NCBI GenBank assembly: GCA_963676395.1
Contig: OY781066.1
Location: forward strand, 192,001-256,000
Direction: 5' to 3'
Length of the DNA: 64,000 nucleotides
Source of the DNA: a bacterium
Lineage (GTDB): Bacteria > Fidelibacterota > Fidelibacteria > Fidelibacterales > Fidelibacteraceae
The position numbers and the translations under genes were made by a program. The notes below the pieces were generated by a model that saw only the letters and a program-made list of their open reading frames with translations, was not told where the DNA came from and made no database searches. Shown here in pieces: positions 28,937 to 40,700 of the stretch (position 1 is the first letter of the stretch; each line of letters starts with the position of its first letter).

Positions 28937-28961
28937 GTAAGGAAGGAGCGACCTTTCCTTA
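28937..28961 (+). repeat. REP-like palindrome, GTAAGGAA family
   Basis: GTAAGGAAGGAGCGACCTTTCCTTA. Confidence 0.5.
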
Positions 28962-29001
28962 AAACAATATTCACATTGTACACATACACAGGAGAACACA
29001 C

Positions 29002-30285
29002 ATGAACGAACGAAATTTTAAAGTTTATGCTTACCGTTGGGTGGTATTGGTAGCCTACATGCTGGCATGTTTGGTTGTTAATATCCAATGGTTATCGCAT
29101 GCACCTATTGCACGTGCAGCAGAAAGTTTTTATGCCGGGCAATTCAACCCGAATTCCATTTTTAATGTAGATTTTTTGGCCATGTCCTATATGCTTGTTT
29201 ATTTATTGTTCAGCATCCCGGCATCTTATGTCATTGATACCTGGGGTATCAAAAAAGGTATTGGCATTGGTGCTGTTATCTGTGCCGTATCAGCATTGGG
29301 TAAAGGTATCTTTGCCGATAATTTCAGTCTGCAGATCGTATTTCAGTTGGGACTAGCCATCTCGCAGCCCTTCATATTGAATGCACTTACCGCATTGACT
29401 GCCAGATGGTTTCCGCTTGAAGAACGTGGAACTGCAGCAGGATTGGGAACACTTGCGCAATATTTAGGCATTATTATTGCAATGATCGTCACACCTTTAT
29501 TGGTGGTCACTAATCCTAATATGCCAAACTACGGTGAAGGCATACAGTCCATGCTCATGACCTATGGTATTATCACCGCCGCAGCCTGTCTAGCGGCCGT
29601 TCTCCTTATTAAGGAGCAACCGCCTACCCCTCCGGGAGAAGAGGCTTATGAGCGCCATAAATTCACCGATGGCTTTAAATTCATTTTTAAACAAAAAGAT
29701 TTTCTCATTACCCTTGGTATTTTCTTTATTGGACTGGGAATCTTTAACGCAGTCTCATCTATGACCGACTCTATTGCGGAATACTTGAATGTTAAAGACT
29801 CTGATGGTCTTATCGGTGGCATCATGCTTATCGGTGGTGTGATCGGTGCGGTTGTATTGCCCATTTTATCGGATAAATTTCAAAAACGTAAATTATTCTT
29901 GAATATTTGCCTTATTGGCATGGTACCAGCCTTAGCAGGAATAGCCTTTGCGGGTGCGATCACCAACACACCCGAAACAGCCTATACTATTGCCTTGATC
30001 TCATCGTTTATGTTGGGATTCTTTGTGATGAGTGCCGGACCCATCGGTTTTCAATACGGTGCAGAGGTCTCCTACCCCGCTCCCGAATCAACGTCTCAGG
30101 GATTATTAATGCTTTCCGGTCAGATAACCGGTTTGGTATTCGTTGCTGCTATGAGTATACGCTCAAATATTTATCTTCCTCTTTTTATGAAGTTCTTTGT
30201 AGTCATTGGTGCGGCTGCATTGATTTCTTCGTTTTTCTTAAAAGAATCGAAACCGCTGGAAGAATTAAAAGCCTCGGGAAAATAA
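29002..30285 (+). CDS. MFS transporter (FLVCR/SLC49-like)
   Basis: FKVYAYRWVVL start, ARWFPLEERGTA, AEVSYPAPESTSQG; ~12 TM segments. Confidence 0.85.
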   Translation: MNERNFKVYAYRWVVLVAYMLACLVVNIQWLSHAPIARAAESFYAGQFNPNSIFNVDFLAMSYMLVYLLFSIPASYVIDTWGIKKGIGIGAVICAVSALGKGIFADNFSLQIVFQLGLAISQPFILNALTALTARWFPLEERGTAAGLGTLAQYLGIIIAMIVTPLLVVTNPNMPNYGEGIQSMLMTYGIITAAACLAAVLLIKEQPPTPPGEEAYERHKFTDGFKFIFKQKDFLITLGIFFIGLGIFNAVSSMTDSIAEYLNVKDSDGLIGGIMLIGGVIGAVVLPILSDKFQKRKLFLNICLIGMVPALAGIAFAGAITNTPETAYTIALISSFMLGFFVMSAGPIGFQYGAEVSYPAPESTSQGLLMLSGQITGLVFVAAMSIRSNIYLPLFMKFFVVIGAAALISSFFLKESKPLEELKASGK

Positions 30286-30310
30286 ATATTGAGCTAAGGA
30301 AAATGCAATT

Positions 30311-30368
30311 GTAAGGAACGGTCCAACCTACCTTTAGCTTCGGCAGGTATCGTTAGACCGTTTCTTAT
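30311..30368 (+). repeat. REP-like palindrome with an internal insertion
   Basis: GTAAGGAACGGTC-[32 nt incl. ACCTACC...GGCAGGT]-GACCGTTTCTTAT. Confidence 0.55.
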
Positions 30369-30442
30369 TTATGGGGGTCAATAAAAAAGGGCGGACACAC
30401 TGATCCACCCTCGCAATTTTATTATAATTGATGTCTAATATA

Positions 30443-31738
30443 TTACGGTTTTAATCTGACCATCGTTCTTGGCCAGGGAATGCACTCGCGGATATGGTGA
30501 GTACCGCAGATCCAACCGACCGTTCTTTCGAGTCCGAGTCCAAAACCTGAGTGAGGTACAGAGCCATAACGGCGGACATCAAGGAACCATTCGAAATCTT
30601 CTTTGGGAAGGTTTTCTTTTTCGATGCGATCCAATAAGACTTCAATGCTTTCTTCACGCTGTGAACCGCCGATGATCTCACCGTGGCCTTCGGGGGCAAT
30701 CATATCAACACCAAGTGCGTATTTTTCATCTTCGGCATCGCGTTTCATATAAAATGCTTTTGTTTCTGCAGGCCATTTCCAAATCATGACCGGTGTGTTA
30801 TAATCTTCGGCAATGGCGGTTTCATGCGGAGCACCCAAATCATCACCCCATTCAATCTCCAGTCCTTTTTTCTTTAAAGTCTCAAGAGCTTCATCGTAAG
30901 TGATTCTTGGGAAGGGTCGTTTTACCGCTTCAAGTTTTTCTATATCTCTGCCGAGGATCTCAAGTTCGCGGCGACAGTTTTTAACTGCACGCTGTACAAG
31001 ATATTCTACAAATTCTTCAGCAAGATCCATATCATCATGAATATCAAAGAAGGCCATTTCCGGTTCGATCATCCAAAATTCGGTCAAGTGACGACGGGTT
31101 TTGGATTTTTCGGCACGAAAACAAGGACCAAAACAATAAGTTCTATTTAAAGCCATAATGGCGGCTTCGGAATAAAGCTGTCCCGATTGAGTCAAATACG
31201 CTTTTTTATCAAAATATTCCGTTTCAAAGAGAGTTGTTGAACCTTCAGCCGCATTGGGTGTAAACATAGGAGAATCAACCAATGTAAAATCACGTTCATC
31301 ATAAAAATCGCGACAAGCTTTTTCAACTTCGGCACGGATCTTCATAATGGCATAAGGCTGGCGAGATCGTAACCATAGATGACGATTATCCAGCAAGAAA
31401 TCTACACCATGATCTTTTAAAGCAATGGGATATTCTTCGGCAATATGAATGACTTCCATATCTTTTACCAGTATTTCGTAACCGGCTTCCTGTTTGGGGG
31501 CTTCCTGTACAATGCCTGTCACAGAGAGTGAAGATTCCTGAGTTAGGACATTTTTTAAATCAAAAACCTCTTCACTAACTTCATTCTTTAAAATAACACA
31601 TTGGATGAACTCGGTTCCATCACGGAATACCAAGAACCAGATCTTGCCGCTTTTGCGGATGTTGTAGGCCCATCCTTTGAGGGTAACTTCCTCACCAACA
31701 TACTTGGAAATATGCTTCGCCAAGATATATTCAGCCAT
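30443..31738 (-). CDS. asnS: Asparagine--tRNA ligase
   Basis: YLTQSGQLY, FRAEKSKTRRHLTEFWMIEPE, EIIGGSQRE, PHSGFGLGLER. Confidence 0.95.
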   Translation of the reverse strand: MAEYILAKHISKYVGEEVTLKGWAYNIRKSGKIWFLVFRDGTEFIQCVILKNEVSEEVFDLKNVLTQESSLSVTGIVQEAPKQEAGYEILVKDMEVIHIAEEYPIALKDHGVDFLLDNRHLWLRSRQPYAIMKIRAEVEKACRDFYDERDFTLVDSPMFTPNAAEGSTTLFETEYFDKKAYLTQSGQLYSEAAIMALNRTYCFGPCFRAEKSKTRRHLTEFWMIEPEMAFFDIHDDMDLAEEFVEYLVQRAVKNCRRELEILGRDIEKLEAVKRPFPRITYDEALETLKKKGLEIEWGDDLGAPHETAIAEDYNTPVMIWKWPAETKAFYMKRDAEDEKYALGVDMIAPEGHGEIIGGSQREESIEVLLDRIEKENLPKEDFEWFLDVRRYGSVPHSGFGLGLERTVGWICGTHHIRECIPWPRTMVRLKP

Positions 31739-31852
31739 TTATAGCTCCTATTAGTTTAAAATTCCACAAATTCAGGCATAAAATTAAGATTTTTACTTGC
31801 ACTATCAAATAAAAAACTCATAACTTTGTGCCTAATCAACTGAGGAGAAAAT

Positions 31853-34393
31853 ATGTCGCGTTTCCGTAGTATTACGGTACAAAATGAAGTACCCGATGAA
31901 TTAAAAGAATTCAAGGACTTTTCCTATAACCTTTGGTGGAGTTGGCATCCCAAAGCATTAAAATTATTCCGCCAATTGGCAGGTGATCTTTGGTATGAAG
32001 TAGATCACAATCCATTAACACTGCTTAAGAATATATCACAAGATGATCTGAACAAAAAAGGGAATGATCCTAAGTTTTTAGAGCTTTTCCATGAAGTATT
32101 AGATGATTTCAATCATTATATGACTCGTAAAGACACGTGGTACGAAAAAAACTATAAAGACAAGAAAGACTTTAAAGTCGCTTACTTTTCGGCCGAATTC
32201 GGTGTTCACGAATCAGTTCCAGTATATTCGGGTGGCTTAGGTATTCTTGCCGGTGACCATTGTAAATCGGCCTCTGACCTTGGTATTCCCCTGATCGGTG
32301 TTGGTATGATGTATAAACAAGGTTACTTCATTCAGCGTATTGATGGTGAAGGTAAGCAACAAAACATCTACCCCACTTACGATTTTGAAGATATCCCCGT
32401 AACCCTTGTTTTGGGTAAAGATGGCGAACCTGTCAAAGTTTCTGTCATGTTCCCCGGGCGTAAGATCTATGCACAGGTCTGGAAAATGCAGGCAGGTCGT
32501 ACTTCAATCTATCTATTGGATACAGATATTCAGGAGAACCTACCTGAAGATCGTATTGTAACTTCACAGCTTTATGGCGGTGACCAAAACATGCGTATCA
32601 CTCAGGAAATCCTGTTGGGTATCGGTGGTGTCCGTGCCTTACGCGCCATGGATATTGAACCTAGTATCTATCATATGAACGAAGGTCACTCAGCTTTTCT
32701 TGGTATAGAATTGATACGAGAATATATCGCAAAAGGTTATAACGTCAACTTGGCTAAAGAACTTGTATCATCAAAATCGATCTTTACCACACATACGCCG
32801 GTTCCTGCCGGAAATGATGCTTTTAATGAAACCATGATGAAAGAATATTTCGAATCTCAGCTTGATCCCTATGGTATCACTTGGGACGAATTCTTTGCTA
32901 TGGGTAAAGATACGACTACCGGCTTGTTCAGCATGACCATTCTTGCCTTAAACTGTGCTAAAAGCTCAAATGGTGTTTCAGAGCTACACGGTGAAGTTTC
33001 AAGACATATCTGGAATGAAGTTTGGAAAGATGTTCCTTCGTACGAAGTCCCCATTACGCACATCACCAACGGTGTTCATACCGAAACATGGATGGCAAAA
33101 AACTTTAATGAACTATACAATGAATACCTTACAAATGACTGGATAAATCAACTGGACGATCCTAAAACCTGGAAACGCGTTGATAATATCCCAGGCAAGA
33201 AACTGTGGGAAACACACTTAGAACGTAAAGTACGCTTGGCTGAGATCGTTCGCAATCGCATTCGTGCCCGAAACGAACGTAATGGAGTTCCAAATCATAT
33301 TACGGACAGAATTTGTGAAAACATTAATGCAAATGCACTGTTCATTGGCTTTGCTCGTCGTTTTGCCACTTACAAACGTGCAACGTTGATCTTCCATGAT
33401 GAAGAAAGATTAAAACGCATCCTAAATAACAGTGATCGTCCTGTGGTTCTTTTCTATGCCGGTAAGGCACATCCTGCTGACAGACCCGGTCAGGAATTGA
33501 TCCGTCAGATCTACGAGCTTTCCATGCGCGATGAATTTCTTGGAAAAGTCATCTTATTGGAGAACTACAATATGTCCCTCGCTCGCTATCTGGTATCCGG
33601 TGTAGACATTTGGTTGAACAACCCTCGACGTCCCCGAGAAGCTTCGGGAACATCGGGTGAGAAAGTTCCAATTAACGGTGGTATTAACTTCTCCGTACTT
33701 GACGGTTGGTGGCGTGAAAGCTACAATGGAAAAAATGGCTGGTCTATCGGCGAAGAAAAAGAATACGATAATTTGGACATACAGGATCGTGAAGATGCTA
33801 TCAGCATGTACTACACACTTGAAAACTCCATTGTCCCCGAATATTATGAAATCGGTGACGAAGGTTACTCCAAACAATGGGTCAAGCGCATGCGTGATTC
33901 AATTAAATCAGTCGCCCCCACTTTTTCAACAGCAAGAATGGTAAAGGATTACGTGAATAATCTATACCTTCCTGCACATGACTATTCAGCCGACCTGAAC
34001 GCAGACAAGGAAAAAGGTGCTAAAGCACTGGCAGAATGGAAAGAAAGAATAAGCAAGGCATGGCATAAGATCTGGGTGACGGAGATCAACCCTGTGGGTG
34101 ATTTTACCAACGATTTGAACATTACTCTGAATGCCGATATTGACCTAGATGGCTTAAAACCTGAAGATGTTGTTGCCGAAGCACTACTCGTTCGAGAAGG
34201 ATTCGAAGATAAAGAACCCGTTGCGGTCAAAGAGCTGAAGATCATAGAACAGACTTCCAAACGTCACATTTACTCTGGAGAACTTCAGATACCCAAAGGT
34301 GGTAAATATAAATACGGTATCCGGGTCCGTCCCACTCACCCTTTGCTTAAAACAAAGTTCGAGCCGAGATTGATCCGATGGATGGAAATTTAA
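31853..34393 (+). CDS. glgP: Alpha-glucan (glycogen/starch) phosphorylase
   Basis: YSGGLGILAGD, HMNEGH, FARRFATYKR, EASGTSGEK. Confidence 0.95.
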   Translation: MSRFRSITVQNEVPDELKEFKDFSYNLWWSWHPKALKLFRQLAGDLWYEVDHNPLTLLKNISQDDLNKKGNDPKFLELFHEVLDDFNHYMTRKDTWYEKNYKDKKDFKVAYFSAEFGVHESVPVYSGGLGILAGDHCKSASDLGIPLIGVGMMYKQGYFIQRIDGEGKQQNIYPTYDFEDIPVTLVLGKDGEPVKVSVMFPGRKIYAQVWKMQAGRTSIYLLDTDIQENLPEDRIVTSQLYGGDQNMRITQEILLGIGGVRALRAMDIEPSIYHMNEGHSAFLGIELIREYIAKGYNVNLAKELVSSKSIFTTHTPVPAGNDAFNETMMKEYFESQLDPYGITWDEFFAMGKDTTTGLFSMTILALNCAKSSNGVSELHGEVSRHIWNEVWKDVPSYEVPITHITNGVHTETWMAKNFNELYNEYLTNDWINQLDDPKTWKRVDNIPGKKLWETHLERKVRLAEIVRNRIRARNERNGVPNHITDRICENINANALFIGFARRFATYKRATLIFHDEERLKRILNNSDRPVVLFYAGKAHPADRPGQELIRQIYELSMRDEFLGKVILLENYNMSLARYLVSGVDIWLNNPRRPREASGTSGEKVPINGGINFSVLDGWWRESYNGKNGWSIGEEKEYDNLDIQDREDAISMYYTLENSIVPEYYEIGDEGYSKQWVKRMRDSIKSVAPTFSTARMVKDYVNNLYLPAHDYSADLNADKEKGAKALAEWKERISKAWHKIWVTEINPVGDFTNDLNITLNADIDLDGLKPEDVVAEALLVREGFEDKEPVAVKELKIIEQTSKRHIYSGELQIPKGGKYKYGIRVRPTHPLLKTKFEPRLIRWMEI

Positions 34394-34449
34394 GCCTTAA
34401 TACATAAATCGAAAGACGGGATGATCCGTTAATCGTACCATATAATAAT

Positions 34450-34480
34450 AAAAACCCCGGAGTCATTGTCCGGGGTTTTT
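34450..34480 (+). terminator. Intrinsic terminator after glgP
   Basis: AAAAACCCCGG...CCGGGGTTTTT. Confidence 0.8.
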
Positions 34481-34837
34481 AATTTTTTAGATGCAAATCG
34501 CAAGAAGTCGGAAACAATAATACCCGGGGCTGAAATTTTCAGCCTTTTCTTTTAAGCGTTAATTATCGTTGTATCCAAATCTCAAATAATCTAACGTTAA
34601 GGAGCAACAAATTTGGGAATATTTTGAGATATCCATTTTTTGTTGGAGATATATCCCAAATATAAGCAAATTTTCCAACATTCGATTCTAAGGATCTATC
34701 AATAATCAATCTTGAGCTTACGTGATTATTATTCATAACTTTCGTTTTTTACGACGTTAGCCATGAATTCATTTTTCATTTTCAAATCATATTAATTGTT
34801 ATTAAACTACATGCGTCTTAAAAATACAGGAGGAATT

Positions 34838-35743
34838 ATGAGACGTTATAATGGTACGCCCATTAAAACAATTAGCGCAATTAATCGTTTCTTTCCATTT
34901 GTGATGCCGACCCGTAATGGTTCTGCCGTATATTTGGAATTAAATATTGAGATGGAAAATGCGTTGGCATACCTCGAAAAAGTCAACAAAGACCGTCCTA
35001 AAGATGATAAGATCAAGTTATTCGATGTACTTCTAGCCGCTATCCACAGAACTTATCTGGATAGACCGCGTATGAATCGTTTCATTATTGGGAAAAAATA
35101 CTATCAGCGCAATGAACATATCTATTTCTTTGTTTCAAAAAGAGAATTGACTGATGCAGGTGAAGAAAGAACCATTGGTTTAAAGCTTGACTCAAAAGAT
35201 GGATTATTTGAAGTCCATAAAAAAGCGCGCGGTGATATTAAAGAATCAAAGACAAGCGATGCCGACAAAAGTGATGAAAAAGCTGTAGAATTTTTGATGA
35301 AACTTCCAAAGGGAATCGTAAAATTCTTTGCAAAATTGGTCTATCAGTTTTTAGATAATCGCAATATGATGCCAAAAGATCTTGCCGCAACCGATAGCAT
35401 GCACGGATCAGCTTATATTGCAAATTTAGGTTCTTTTGGGGTTCAAGATCCACCTTTTCACCATCTCTATGATTACGGTGATATCTCTTGTTTCTTCGTT
35501 TTGGGTGCATTAAGAAAAGATGCCGTTGTCGATCAGGAAACCGGTGAAATCAGTGTTATAACACGCATTCCTTTAAAGATCACCATTGATGAACGTGTTG
35601 CAGACGGTGTTTACTTTAACAATACCTTTCACGTCATGAACGATTACCTGCAAGATCCTTCAAAATTGGAAACGATCCCTGAAGATCAAAAAGATGCTTA
35701 TCCGCATGTTAAATATATGAGAGATGGTAAGCGAAAGAAGTAA
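34838..35743 (+). CDS. Stand-alone 2-oxoacid dehydrogenase E2 catalytic-domain-like (CAT-fold) protein
   Basis: RPRMNRFI, IANLGSFG, ITIDERVADG; no lipoyl domain; AGGAGG RBS before ATG 34838. Confidence 0.75.
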   Translation: MRRYNGTPIKTISAINRFFPFVMPTRNGSAVYLELNIEMENALAYLEKVNKDRPKDDKIKLFDVLLAAIHRTYLDRPRMNRFIIGKKYYQRNEHIYFFVSKRELTDAGEERTIGLKLDSKDGLFEVHKKARGDIKESKTSDADKSDEKAVEFLMKLPKGIVKFFAKLVYQFLDNRNMMPKDLAATDSMHGSAYIANLGSFGVQDPPFHHLYDYGDISCFFVLGALRKDAVVDQETGEISVITRIPLKITIDERVADGVYFNNTFHVMNDYLQDPSKLETIPEDQKDAYPHVKYMRDGKRKK

Positions 35744-35780
35744 ATATAGTAACTCATCACCGGTAACCGGTAATATTAAT

Positions 35781-35811
35781 AGCTCTGAAGTAAAATTCGG
35801 AGCTTTTTTTT
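35781..35811 (+). terminator. Intrinsic terminator
   Basis: AGCTCTGAA...TTCGGAGC followed by a T-run. Confidence 0.7.
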
Positions 35812-35813
35812 AT

Positions 35814-35900
35814 AGTAAATAGTGAACAGTGAACAGTGAACAGTGAGTAGTAAACAGTAAACAGTGAGTAGTAAACGGTGAACAGTGAGTAGTGAGCAGT
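35814..35900. repeat. Heptamer tandem repeat (AGTGAAC/AGTAAAC/AGTGAGT) x12
   Basis: Twelve consecutive 7-nt units read directly. Confidence 0.85.
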
Positions 35901-35995
35901 CGTGAAAAGTATATTGTTTACCGTTTATTATATTCGTTGTAAGCGGTAAACTTAACTCAACCTCAGCTCTATCTCACCGTCGCCACTTTTGCCTT

Positions 35996-37621
35996 TTACC
36001 TTCGGCCTTGCGAACTCCGCGAACTCTTAGTTCCACTTTTTGCATGGGTGATTAGCGGCTTTTCCCCTCGCCGTTGTGATTTAAAGGCTTTAATCAAAGG
36101 TTCAGCATATTCAAAGGGGACGGTAATGAACGAAAAATTATCCATAACCTGAATATCAGTAATATCTCTTGATTTTATTCTAACAGCCGACATGATCATT
36201 TTAAGAAGACGATCTATACGTAAATTATCTTTTTTACCCATGGCAACAAATAGACGAACTTTTCCGCTGGAATCCAAATCCAAATTCTTCTCAGCAAATT
36301 CTTTTACCTTTCCATAAGTATCCGGATCAAGCTCTTCGCTAAAGGCATAACTAAGTACCGAGGCCAAAATCTTTGAAGGCTTTCCCGCTTCAAGAAGTTT
36401 TTTTGCCCAAGTATAATATTCGGAATCAACATCTGAATCAAGAACAGTATTTATATCTTCAGATAATTTTTGTCTTTTATTGGCTATGATATCGTCTACC
36501 GAAGGAACATTAGAGCGTTTGATCTTTGTTTTGGCAACCTTCTGAATATACATGAGTTTTTTATATTCACTGGGGGTAATAAAAGTAATTGCAGTTCCCT
36601 CTTTTCCGGCTCGTCCCGTCCTTCCAATACGGTGAACATAGGCTTCCGGATCATGAGGCAATGCATAATTGATAACATGTGAAAGATCATTTACATCAAT
36701 ACCGCGTGCAGCAACATCGGTAGCGACCAGGATATTTATGCTACGCTTTTTAAATCTACCTAATGTTCTTTCACGTTGTGCCTGTGAGATATCACCGTGG
36801 ATAGCTTCGGCATCATACCCTCGACCCAATAATTTACTTACAAGATCATCAGCATCCATTTTTGTCCTACAGAAAACCAAACCGTAAAAATTACTGACAT
36901 AATCAATTATTCGACAAAGAGCATCGAATTTATCAGAATTTTTAACCTCAAAATAGATTTGCTCAGTAAGGTCGGTAGTTACATTTTCCGCTTTAGCTTT
37001 TAGTAATTCATATCCACCCATGTATTTCTTGGCAAGATCACGAATTCTTACAGGCATAGTAGCAGAAAACATTAATGTTTTCTTATCCTTATTTGTATGC
37101 TTCATGATCTCTTCCATATCTTCTAAAAAGCCCATATTCAACATTTCATCGGCTTCATCAAGAACAAGATGATCAATAAATTTTAAATTAAGTGTTTTTC
37201 TATTTAAGTGATCGATCACACGTCCGGGAGTACCAACAACAATATGAACACCTTTTTTTAAGCGTCTTAATTGCTGATCAATGGACTGTCCGCCATAGAT
37301 TGGCATGGTTCTTATCTGTTTTTCACCACGCAAAGAATGAATTTCCTCGGATACTTGAATGGCTAATTCCCTTGTCGGTGTAAGAATAAGTGCTTGTACA
37401 CTTTCTCTATCCGGGTCAATCAATTCCAAAATCGGCAGGCCGAATGCAGCAGTTTTTCCGGTACCGGTCTGTGCTTGCGCAATGATATTTTTTTTATTTT
37501 GCAACATAACAGGTATCGTTAAGGTTTGAATACCTGACGGTTCTTCAAATCCCTTTTTACTGATCGCGTTCAAACTGCTCTCGGAAAGACCGAGCTCTTC
37601 AAATCTTTTCTTTTCTTCCAT
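35996..37621 (-). CDS. DEAD-box RNA helicase (DeaD/CshA-like) with C-terminal DbpA-type RNA-binding domain
   Basis: AQTGTGKT, PTRELA, DEAD, SAT, HRIGRTGR. Confidence 0.95.
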   Translation of the reverse strand: MEEKKRFEELGLSESSLNAISKKGFEEPSGIQTLTIPVMLQNKKNIIAQAQTGTGKTAAFGLPILELIDPDRESVQALILTPTRELAIQVSEEIHSLRGEKQIRTMPIYGGQSIDQQLRRLKKGVHIVVGTPGRVIDHLNRKTLNLKFIDHLVLDEADEMLNMGFLEDMEEIMKHTNKDKKTLMFSATMPVRIRDLAKKYMGGYELLKAKAENVTTDLTEQIYFEVKNSDKFDALCRIIDYVSNFYGLVFCRTKMDADDLVSKLLGRGYDAEAIHGDISQAQRERTLGRFKKRSINILVATDVAARGIDVNDLSHVINYALPHDPEAYVHRIGRTGRAGKEGTAITFITPSEYKKLMYIQKVAKTKIKRSNVPSVDDIIANKRQKLSEDINTVLDSDVDSEYYTWAKKLLEAGKPSKILASVLSYAFSEELDPDTYGKVKEFAEKNLDLDSSGKVRLFVAMGKKDNLRIDRLLKMIMSAVRIKSRDITDIQVMDNFSFITVPFEYAEPLIKAFKSQRRGEKPLITHAKSGTKSSRSSQGRR

Positions 37622-37776
37622 GGTATCACTTTCGATTAATTATGCTCACTTTGGGGTGAGCGTCCGTAGTATACACTCTAAAACATCGAAATGGTAATAA
37701 AAAATAGATTTTCTTTGCGGATACAAAACGGACGGACACCCTGGTCCGCCCAAATATTTCATTTACTAATCTTGAA

Positions 37777-40700
37777 TTAGCGATCTATGCCATACTGTTC
37801 TATCACTTCATGATAAGGTAACACCGTTACACCGCTTTCATAAAGATAATCAATGATCTCCTGAAAATCTGAAATATTGTATTCAATATCATCAATAGCT
37901 GTCTCAACCAATTTATGGAAATTCAGGATCAACCACTCATTATTCGCTATGGCATCATCAATCTGTGCTTTTAACAATTCTGTAGAATTTCTATAACCTA
38001 TTGTTCGACTGTTCACATTACCCGACACAATATGTTCCAAAGGTTGATTGAAACCATCTATTGTTCTGGCAGTCGAAAAATATCTAAGTACGATGTCTTG
38101 AATTCTTGTATTGTAACTCCCATTAGGATAAGCAAAATGATTTTTTCCGGTATAATCCCGGGTTTTTAACCATGAACTAACTTGTGATATTTTAGTTTCG
38201 ACTTCATTTAGATCAAGGTATCTTAAATTTATATTAAGATGTCCACTTATTCCCCAGCCCAGCTCATCTAACGAATCTACTTGATTTTCAGTCAAAAATC
38301 CGGGAGTACCAATTTCATCCGGCATTACAAATGCCGTTCCGCTCAAACCATACTGCTCCATGTACAGAGCCCCTTCTGTATAGGTTTCATCGAAACCATC
38401 ATCAAAACTAACAGTCACAAGACCTTCACTAAGGCGTGTTCTATACAACTCTATCTCATCAATATATACTTCAGTATTTTCAGTTGATGTTGTACGAATA
38501 ATTATTTCTCTAACTGTTGACCAATCAGGTGAATTACCGATAGCTTCGAATGCTGATCTTGGAAGTACGATATTATACCATTCACCATCATTAGGACTGG
38601 CAAAATAATTCCTGAAATTAAATATATAGGCGTCTGTGAGTTCTTCATTGGTATAAAACCGTAAATCAAACCGACTTAACACATCCCAATCTTCCACTCT
38701 GAATCTTATTCTAATGACCTTGTTTGAAAAATCAGTGGGGTTTATAGTGAGTCTGGCAGCGGAAGCTTCACTGTTTACAACAATCTTTGCCGAAGAAGAT
38801 CCAGAAACATATACATCATTGTCCTGAGTATAACCTGTTTCAATAAAAGGTCTCCATCCTTCCGCAATAGTCATATCATAGACACTGTTCTTTTCTTTAT
38901 AGTCTACCTTATAGTTATCTCTATTGATCTCCATATCAGGGATATTATTTGTAACATAGGCATTCTTGGGAGTAGATCTAATCAAGAATACTGTATCGTC
39001 AAAATCTTGATCACATGAAGCGTATTTTCGACTAACATCCTCAAAACCCATAATTAGAATATCTCTTTCATCATCTTTTAGCAGCACAGTATGCTGACGA
39101 ATGGAAGCATCCATTTCCGGGTTTAAATTAAAATGTGTATAATGAGAATATAATCCTTGAGTTACCTCTCCGTCTTTCCAGCCATTTGATACCAAGAAAA
39201 AGCCAACTCCGGTACCGGTTTCAAAATCCCCCAGATAAACCGTATGCCCTGCCTCAAGTGAGCCACCACTTCCGGTTTGAGATGTATTTGGAAAAATGAT
39301 GGTCATGTCATCAATATCGTCTACGCTCGTCGGAGGATTAAATGGATCAAATGTATAATATCCAAGACTGTTTTTAAACCCGGCACTTTCATAGATATAT
39401 GTTATATACAAACTTGCATCCTGATCAATAATCAGGTTTGTTTCAACATTATTAAAAAATTCAGGACTGTGATCCGGTGCCGATTTTATCCAAGGCAAAG
39501 CTTTATGAATATCCTGTAATAAGGAATCATCAATACTGTCTTTTTCGGCTTCCAAATAACTTGGCAAACCGTTTTCATCCCAATCACCTAAAGTTAAATA
39601 ATCCCCTTCTTCAGGCATGTAACGCTGAACCTCAAGTATTTTTAAACCACCAAAACCCGATGCAACAAAAATGACATCATCTTTTCCTTCCACGAAATTC
39701 GTAGAAGAATTAAAGTCCATTGAGCCATAGATCTCTATAGGATAATCGTCAACCTTTTTGCCTACCCAAACGCCCGAGGCACCATTGGCTATCAGCACAA
39801 GTTCATCATTAATGGATACACCATTTGTCACATAATCTATATCATCGGTACCCGCTGGTGTTTCAGGACGATCAATTTCATCAACAACAATACCACTTGA
39901 AAGATCAATAACTTTCAAACCATGTTCATTCAAGGCCACATAAGCATAGTTCCCATCTATAGCCACAGCCCCCTTTGATTCGGGTATGGCCGGAGTATAA
40001 TTCATTTCCCATAAACGTTGGAATGTATTAAGATCACGGCTTACAATACTGCTGGATGTGCCACAGCTAAGTTCAACCAACTTATCATCTTTTATGGCAA
40101 TTGCCTGATGATCCCCGGACGCAGAAATAATGGTATCAATACTCAAATCAATAGGATCTAAGCAATAAATAAAACCATTAGATCCGCTACAAGCATATAC
40201 CATATCAGTACTGACATCTACGTCGGTAGTCACATATGAATCCAAATCAATTTGCATTGTATTATCACTTAGTAAGCCATTATTCAATATCATTTTTTCA
40301 AGAATAGCGGGACTTTTCAAATGATCGTTTATGTAAGGGTTCTGGGCTTCCGCCAAATACAGTGCACCATCCTTGTATGATAATGATGAAACATCCGTAT
40401 CAGTTAAGATGGCCTGAGAGACCAAAGTTGGATGATGGATGTCCGAGATATCAAAGACTTCTATCCCTCCAAGGTATTCTTCGCCTTCTCGATTATAGCT
40501 GACATAAGCATAATCATTTTCAATACAAATATGCGAAGCCCTTAATGTTTTTCCTTCATAAACAGGGGCGGCAACTTCGGCTCGTAAAACCAAAACAAAC
40601 GATGAACTATCTTCATCTGAAGATTTGTTCAAGGTTACATTTCCAACCCCATTCATTGGTATTTGCTCATCTTTAATTTCTATTCTCAGGCCTAATTCCG

